The notes under the pieces: model-generated
What the model was told of the DNA's origin: nothing
Databases searched by the model: none
Seen by the model: the letters and a program-made list of their open reading frames with translations, nothing else
Made by a program: the position numbers and the translations under genes
Shown: positions 59,614 through 64,000 of the stretch, in pieces
Layout of the letters: every line of letters starts with the position of its first letter
How positions within the stretch are numbered: position 1 is the first letter of the stretch
From: Candidatus Dojkabacteria bacterium
GTDB taxonomy: Bacteria; Patescibacteriota; Dojkabacteria; SC72
DNA length: 64,000 nucleotides
Direction: 5' to 3'
NCBI GenBank assembly: GCA_040767225.1
Contig: JAXGOY010000005.1
Coordinates: 749 to 64,748 of the forward strand

Positions 59614-60267
59614 ATGGATGATAAACTAACACAAAGACAAGAAGAAGTATTAAAAGTAATTAGAAATTTTTTTCTAGATAATGGATATGCTCCATCACTT
59701 ACTGAGCTTCAACAAATGCTTAATATTAGTACTAAAAGAGGAGTTGTAAATCATTTAAAGGTACTAGAAAAGAAGGGGTACATTATTAGGACTAATAAAG
59801 CAAGAGGAATTCATGTTGTAAAGGATCAAACAGATGAGAATTATGATTATTTAGTTGGTATACCAATACTTGGATATGCTAATGCAGGAACTCCAATTGC
59901 ACTAGCACAAGAAGAAAATCTTGGGACTTTACAGGTTGATAGGTCTTTAATAAACAAGAAAGGAAAGGAGTTATTTGCATTAATGATAAAGGGAGATTCT
60001 ATGGATATGAAAGAAATTAATGGAAAGAATTTAAAAGATGGGCATTATGTTATTGTCCAGAAAGATTCTAACTATGAGGATGGTGATACAGTTGTTGCTA
60101 TTGTAGATGGATGTGCTACTGTTAAGAATATTAAAAAGAGTAAAGATATGGTAATTTTATACCCTCAATCAAGTAATCCTGTGCACAAACCTATATATCT
60201 TAACTCAAAGAGTAACTCAATGATAAATGGAAAAGTAATAATGGTGTTGGATAATCCTAATATATAG
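59614..60267 (+). CDS. lexA: LexA repressor (S24 peptidase)
   Basis: N-terminal wHTH, cleavage site ANAG-TP, Ser nucleophile in GDSM and Lys in VAIVDGCATVK. The ORF track starts at TTG 59581; the ATG at 59614 (MDDKLTQRQ) is preferred. Confidence 0.85.
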   Translation: MDDKLTQRQEEVLKVIRNFFLDNGYAPSLTELQQMLNISTKRGVVNHLKVLEKKGYIIRTNKARGIHVVKDQTDENYDYLVGIPILGYANAGTPIALAQEENLGTLQVDRSLINKKGKELFALMIKGDSMDMKEINGKNLKDGHYVIVQKDSNYEDGDTVVAIVDGCATVKNIKKSKDMVILYPQSSNPVHKPIYLNSKSNSMINGKVIMVLDNPNI

Positions 60268-60960
60268 CTACCTTATTTCAATGCTCTCTACATATTTTTT
60301 CATTATTTTCTTAAACTTTTCAAGCTCTTCTTGAGTAAATGAGTTTGTATTGTTAAGTGTAGTGTTAATTGTTTTACCTGGTCTGAAATTTTGAATGTAA
60401 TATCTTTTGCTTCCTTTTATAAGTTCACCAATTCCATTTACAGAATCAATGGTGTGAATACCTTTTACATATGTTGTTCTAAATTCATAATCTCGTGCTT
60501 TTTCCTTTATTAATGCTATGCTCCTCTCAATCTCATCATATCCAATTTTATCTTTAAGGTTTTGAATATATATCTCCTTTTCATATTTAACATCCATTGC
60601 CCAATAATCAACAATATCAAGGTCTAATATTTTCTTAACAACTTTTGAGTTTGTACCATTAGTATCTAGCTTAACTAAAAATCCCATACCTTTAATTTTC
60701 TTAATAAAAGGAATCAAATCTTTTTGTAAAGTTGGTTCACCACCTGTAATAACCACACCATCTATTAAAGATTTTCTCTTTTTTAGAAAAGAAAATATCT
60801 CTTCTTCACTTACTGCCATATTCTTTCTAAATGGTTGTATTACTAGCTCTGGATTATGACAATACTCACACCTTAAATTGCAGCCATATGTAAACACAAG
60901 ACAAGCTAGCTTTCCTGGGTAGTCAAGAAGCGTAGATTTTTGGAAGGCAGAGATTAACAT
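60268..60960 (-). CDS. nrdG: Anaerobic ribonucleoside-triphosphate reductase activating protein (radical SAM)
   Basis: CNLRCEYCHN radical-SAM cluster motif near the N-terminus. 230 aa. Confidence 0.85.
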   Translation of the reverse strand: MLISAFQKSTLLDYPGKLACLVFTYGCNLRCEYCHNPELVIQPFRKNMAVSEEEIFSFLKKRKSLIDGVVITGGEPTLQKDLIPFIKKIKGMGFLVKLDTNGTNSKVVKKILDLDIVDYWAMDVKYEKEIYIQNLKDKIGYDEIERSIALIKEKARDYEFRTTYVKGIHTIDSVNGIGELIKGSKRYYIQNFRPGKTINTTLNNTNSFTQEELEKFKKIMKKYVESIEIR

Positions 60961-61101
60961 TTAAATATGAAATGTTACTCTATCGCCAAATTCAGATTGT
61001 TTACCAGGATTCCACTGAGTAACAGGTCTAATATATCCAACAACTCTTGAATACACCTCACATCTTTGTCTTGTAACAACCTTTTTCTCTTTTTTAGTCA
61101 T
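60961..61101 (-). CDS. Stand-alone 46-aa ORF encoding the NrdD C-terminal glycyl-radical motif (MTKKEKKVVTRQRCEVYSRVVGYIRPVTQWNPGKQSEFGDRVTFHI)
   Basis: Read from the minus strand. The ATG sits 19 nt after the nrdD ORF stop and in the +1 frame relative to it. The stop codon abuts the nrdG ATG. RVVGY...WN.GKQ.E...R matches the class III RNR glycyl-radical loop. Confidence 0.6.
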   Translation of the reverse strand: MTKKEKKVVTRQRCEVYSRVVGYIRPVTQWNPGKQSEFGDRVTFHI

Positions 61102-61120
61102 ATGTATAAATAATAAAAAT

Positions 61121-64000
61121 TTAAATTACTTCATTAAACTGCATTCCATCTACATATCCAGCTTCTGCATCACATTTAGGACAGTAATAGTGTTCTCCAG
61201 CAATATATCCATGTTTAGGGCATATACTAAAAGTAGGAGTAATTGAGAAATATGGAAGTTTGTAATTCTCGGCTACCTTTCTTACAAGAGTCTTTACACT
61301 CTGTGTAGAGGGCATTCTTTCACCTAAGAATATATGTAGTACTGTACCTCCTGTGTATTTACACTGGAATTCATCTTGTAAATCAAGAGCATCAAATACA
61401 TCATCTGTAAAACCTACAGGAAGCTGAGAAGAGTTTGTATAGTATGGGGATTCGTTCATCTTTTTACCTAAATCCGATGCTGCTATTATTTTATCTCCAT
61501 ACTTCTTTTTATCTGCTTTTGCAAATCTGTAAGTTGTACTTTCACCAGGAGTAGCCTCTAAGTTAAACAACTGATTTGTCTGAAGTTGGTAATCCATTAA
61601 TCTTTCTCTCATATGATCCATTATTTCTAAACCAAACTTTCTTCCTTTTGCAGACGTAATATCATTTCCTTCACCAAGGAAGTTAATTAAAGCCTCATTT
61701 AAACCAAGAATCCCAATTGTATTAAAATGATTCTTAAAATATTCACCAAACCTCTCTTTAATATCTTTTAAGTAAAACTTTGAGTATGGGTATAATCCTT
61801 GATCCATATACTTCTCAATTTGAGACCTTTTAATTAACAAACTCTGCTTAGCAAGGTCCATAAGCTTGTCTAATCTCTTAAAGAAGTCCTTTTTATCTTT
61901 TGCAAGATATCCAATTCTTGGCATATTAATAGTCACAACACCAATACTACCAGTAAGAGGATTAGCACCAAACAAGCCTCCTCCTCTCTTTCTAAGCTCT
62001 CTGTTGTCTAATCTAAGTCTACAGTTGTGTGTTAGAATTCCTGTTGTTCCTACAGTAAACATCGGGATATCATTTGATACTTCAAAGCAGTATGCTGTTG
62101 AATTTGAAATTTTTTCTATATCTTTTATTTTTACCCATAATTTTCTATCTTTCTTAAACCAGAAATCTCCATACTGCTTCCTCCCCAGCTTATATATTAA
62201 AACTGCAAAGTTGGGAGCCTTTCCTAATCGATTACTTCTATTATCTTCATATACTGAGGTTGCTGTACCAAGTGTCGCAGCAAGCATATTTAATGATTCA
62301 ACCATTTTCTTTGAAGATGTATATATTCTATTTCTATTCCCACCGTCAGTAGCAAGATGCCCTTCAAGCACTCCTAATCTGAATTCTTTTGATGTACCAT
62401 ACAATCTTGCTGTATATGTTTTTTCTGTTTCTTTTCCATCTATATAATCCTTACACAAACCAACCGCAGCTCTAGAGTAAATCCTCAATGTAAAAAGCTT
62501 AGAAATTTTTTCTTCTTTTGTTGAATAGTTTGCACCAAAATACTCTTGTGCAATACTAATTAATCTTTTTACAACATCAGTCTTTTGTTCTGAAGAAAGA
62601 GAAAATACAACAGTAGTATCTCCATCAAATGAGCCATCACCAGCAAATGCACCCACAAAATATCCCAAATCACTATTACCGCCACTTCCTTCATAGCTAT
62701 TCAAAGAGTAAGGAAGATACATATCATTAGTAAGATTGGCTCCCTTGATCTCTTCAATATCTGATTTAATATCTCTTAATACATAATTAAGATGTTGTTC
62801 AGACATCTTTATAATATGACCATTTGATAGTTCAACCTTAATCATTTTTTGATTTTCATATCTGTTAAATTTTCCCTTAACAAACCTACCATCACTATAT
62901 ATCTCATATTCATTCTGTTTGGAGTTTCCCTCATAAATATTCCTTATACTTGAATATTCCAACCCCCTTCCTCTTGAGGATTTTATTAATACTTTTTCAT
63001 CTCCTGCCAAAGGACACATAGATCTTGCATCATCTGGACTCATATCAGAGTTAATAAAATTGGAGAAGTAGGGAATCCCATATTTAGCAGTCATTTCCCA
63101 TAATGACTCGTACTTGGGACTGTCCCAATCAAAATCCTTAGTTATATTATATGTAGGAATAGGGTAGGAGAATAACCTCCCTTGTGCATCGCCTTCCATC
63201 ATAACTTCACAGAATGCCTCGTTTAGCATGTCCATTTCTTTTTGAAAATCTCCGTATTTCTCCTTTTGAGGCTTCCCCCCTATAATCACATTTTCTTTTG
63301 CTAACATACCGTTTGGAACAAGGTCCATTGTTATATTAGAAAAAGGAGTATTACCTGTTATAAAGACCTTTCCATTTCTTCTTGCAATAATCGTTTCATT
63401 TACAGTATGAGGACACCATATGATTCCATCATATTTAACCTTTTTAATTTTTGTAATATATGTATCCTTGTGTCTTATCAATCTTAAGACATATATAGGC
63501 TTACTGCCGATTGTAGGCTCTCTTGTTAGTACTGTTGTTCCATATCCTGCATTTACAGCAATCATCTGCAAGCCATCAATTATTTCTTTACTAGTACATG
63601 CAATTTTATTTGTTTCAAATCCATCACCTTTAATATATGTATCAAGAAACACTCTTGATTGCCTTTGGCTTAAATTAAAGATCCTCTTCGGAATCTTTTT
63701 AATATCTTCGTTATCAAACCACTTTAATACTTTTTTAGAGTCATTAGCATTAAGCCTTAGTCTTGCAACATTACTACCCAGCCCCTTTTTCTTTGTCTCT
63801 GAAAACTCTAAATTAAAGTGTTTAAGAAGCTTTACAATCTCATTATATTTCTCCTTATTTTTAATCTTAGACTGATATATACTTAGTCTCCTGAATCTTC
63901 CATCCCTTTCTAATGTGCCCTCTGTTAATATCCATGTAATTAACTTAATCTGTTCATCGCTGATATTATAATCTCCGACATTAGAGTCTGAAGCAATTGG
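61121..64000 (-). CDS. nrdD: Anaerobic ribonucleoside-triphosphate reductase NrdD, partial (5' end beyond the window), interrupted by two inteins
   Basis: Extein blocks KYGIPYFSNF, C|RLRLDNRELRKRGGGLFGANPLTGSIGVVTINMPRIGY, and a Zn-ribbon TPTFSICPKHGY...YYCPKC. The frame is open through 64000. Confidence 0.85.
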   Translation of the reverse strand, partial: PIASDSNVGDYNISDEQIKLITWILTEGTLERDGRFRRLSIYQSKIKNKEKYNEIVKLLKHFNLEFSETKKKGLGSNVARLRLNANDSKKVLKWFDNEDIKKIPKRIFNLSQRQSRVFLDTYIKGDGFETNKIACTSKEIIDGLQMIAVNAGYGTTVLTREPTIGSKPIYVLRLIRHKDTYITKIKKVKYDGIIWCPHTVNETIIARRNGKVFITGNTPFSNITMDLVPNGMLAKENVIIGGKPQKEKYGDFQKEMDMLNEAFCEVMMEGDAQGRLFSYPIPTYNITKDFDWDSPKYESLWEMTAKYGIPYFSNFINSDMSPDDARSMCPLAGDEKVLIKSSRGRGLEYSSIRNIYEGNSKQNEYEIYSDGRFVKGKFNRYENQKMIKVELSNGHIIKMSEQHLNYVLRDIKSDIEEIKGANLTNDMYLPYSLNSYEGSGGNSDLGYFVGAFAGDGSFDGDTTVVFSLSSEQKTDVVKRLISIAQEYFGANYSTKEEKISKLFTLRIYSRAAVGLCKDYIDGKETEKTYTARLYGTSKEFRLGVLEGHLATDGGNRNRIYTSSKKMVESLNMLAATLGTATSVYEDNRSNRLGKAPNFAVLIYKLGRKQYGDFWFKKDRKLWVKIKDIEKISNSTAYCFEVSNDIPMFTVGTTGILTHNCRLRLDNRELRKRGGGLFGANPLTGSIGVVTINMPRIGYLAKDKKDFFKRLDKLMDLAKQSLLIKRSQIEKYMDQGLYPYSKFYLKDIKERFGEYFKNHFNTIGILGLNEALINFLGEGNDITSAKGRKFGLEIMDHMRERLMDYQLQTNQLFNLEATPGESTTYRFAKADKKKYGDKIIAASDLGKKMNESPYYTNSSQLPVGFTDDVFDALDLQDEFQCKYTGGTVLHIFLGERMPSTQSVKTLVRKVAENYKLPYFSITPTFSICPKHGYIAGEHYYCPKCDAEAGYVDGMQFNEVI
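62024..63016 (-). mobile_element. Intein 2 in nrdD (331 aa, Hint plus LAGLIDADG homing-endonuclease domain), inserted at the conserved Cys-Arg-Leu site
   Basis: Starts CPLAGDEKVLIK. LAGLIDADG-like motifs LGYFVGAFAGDGS and RLGVLEGHLATDGG. Ends GILTHN, followed by +1 Cys (CRLRLD). Confidence 0.75.
63350..64000 (-). mobile_element. Intein 1 in nrdD (partial; extends past the window edge), with LAGLIDADG-like motifs
   Basis: Minus-strand translation from 64000: ...ITWILTEGTLERDG...VFLDTYIKGDGF...YDGIIWCPHTVNETIIARRNGKVFITGN|TPFSN. It ends in GN (no penultimate His) and is followed by +1 Thr. Confidence 0.6.

Noticed and set aside
61866-62447. 193-aa plus-strand ORF opposite nrdD
   Set aside because: Antisense to the nrdD intein and extein. 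No motifs.
63420-63875. 151-aa plus-strand ORF at the window end
   Set aside because: Antisense to intein 1 of nrdD. The hydrophobic, low-complexity translation is typical of AT-rich antisense frames.
1-64000. Possibility of an alternative genetic code (UGA as Gly, as in Gracilibacteria/SR1)
   Set aside because: Many very long uninterrupted standard-code ORFs (dnaE 1132 aa, uvrB, gatA) end at ordinary stops. The breaks in the fragmented loci involve frame changes, not just in-frame TGA.
1-64000. CRISPR array or diversity-generating retroelement
   Set aside because: No short regularly spaced direct repeats and no reverse-transcriptase motif (YxDD) seen. The Cys-rich module repeats are only about 70% identical at DNA level (protein-level repeats), not the near-identity expected of a DGR template-variable repeat pair.

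Overview
This is a low-GC, gene-dense bacterial chromosomal window that looks like an ultra-small (CPR-like) bacterium. Long intact ORFs such as dnaE, uvrB and gatA argue for the standard genetic code.

Housekeeping content:
- a division cluster ftsQ-ftsA-ftsZ-ftsW
- ribosomal proteins L21, L27 and L19
- parAB, lepB, gatCB and a distant gatA, ddl, rnhB, lgt, gpmI, nadK and a HelD-like helicase
- DNA repair genes dnaE, uvrC, uvrB, mutL and lexA
- anaerobic ribonucleotide reductase nrdD and nrdG
- ten tRNA genes

Structure that needs a second look:
- A ~6.1 kb gene-poor block (39.7-45.8 kb) holds only frameshifted remnants of a Type III-like restriction-modification system. It sits between two diverged ~200 bp direct repeats that duplicate the 3' end of a Na+/Ca2+ exchanger gene and of the convergent nadK.
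- nrdD carries at least two LAGLIDADG inteins, one at the conserved Cys-Arg-Leu site. Its C-terminal glycyl-radical motif is encoded as a separate 46-aa ORF, in a different frame, directly abutting nrdG.
- A ~3.2 kb cysteine-rich secreted-protein gene (54.9-58.2 kb) is broken by at least four frame changes. It lies next to an intact 808-aa surface protein with five tandem ~100-aa repeats.
- Several operon members are catalytically degenerate homologs: a cupin-type PGI without the His ligands, a transglutaminase-like domain without Cys, and a Fic-like protein without the HPFx[D/E]GNGR motif.
- A GTATAC-based inverted repeat that may be a LexA operator sits upstream of lexA.

No CRISPR array, rRNA or reverse transcriptase was recognised.
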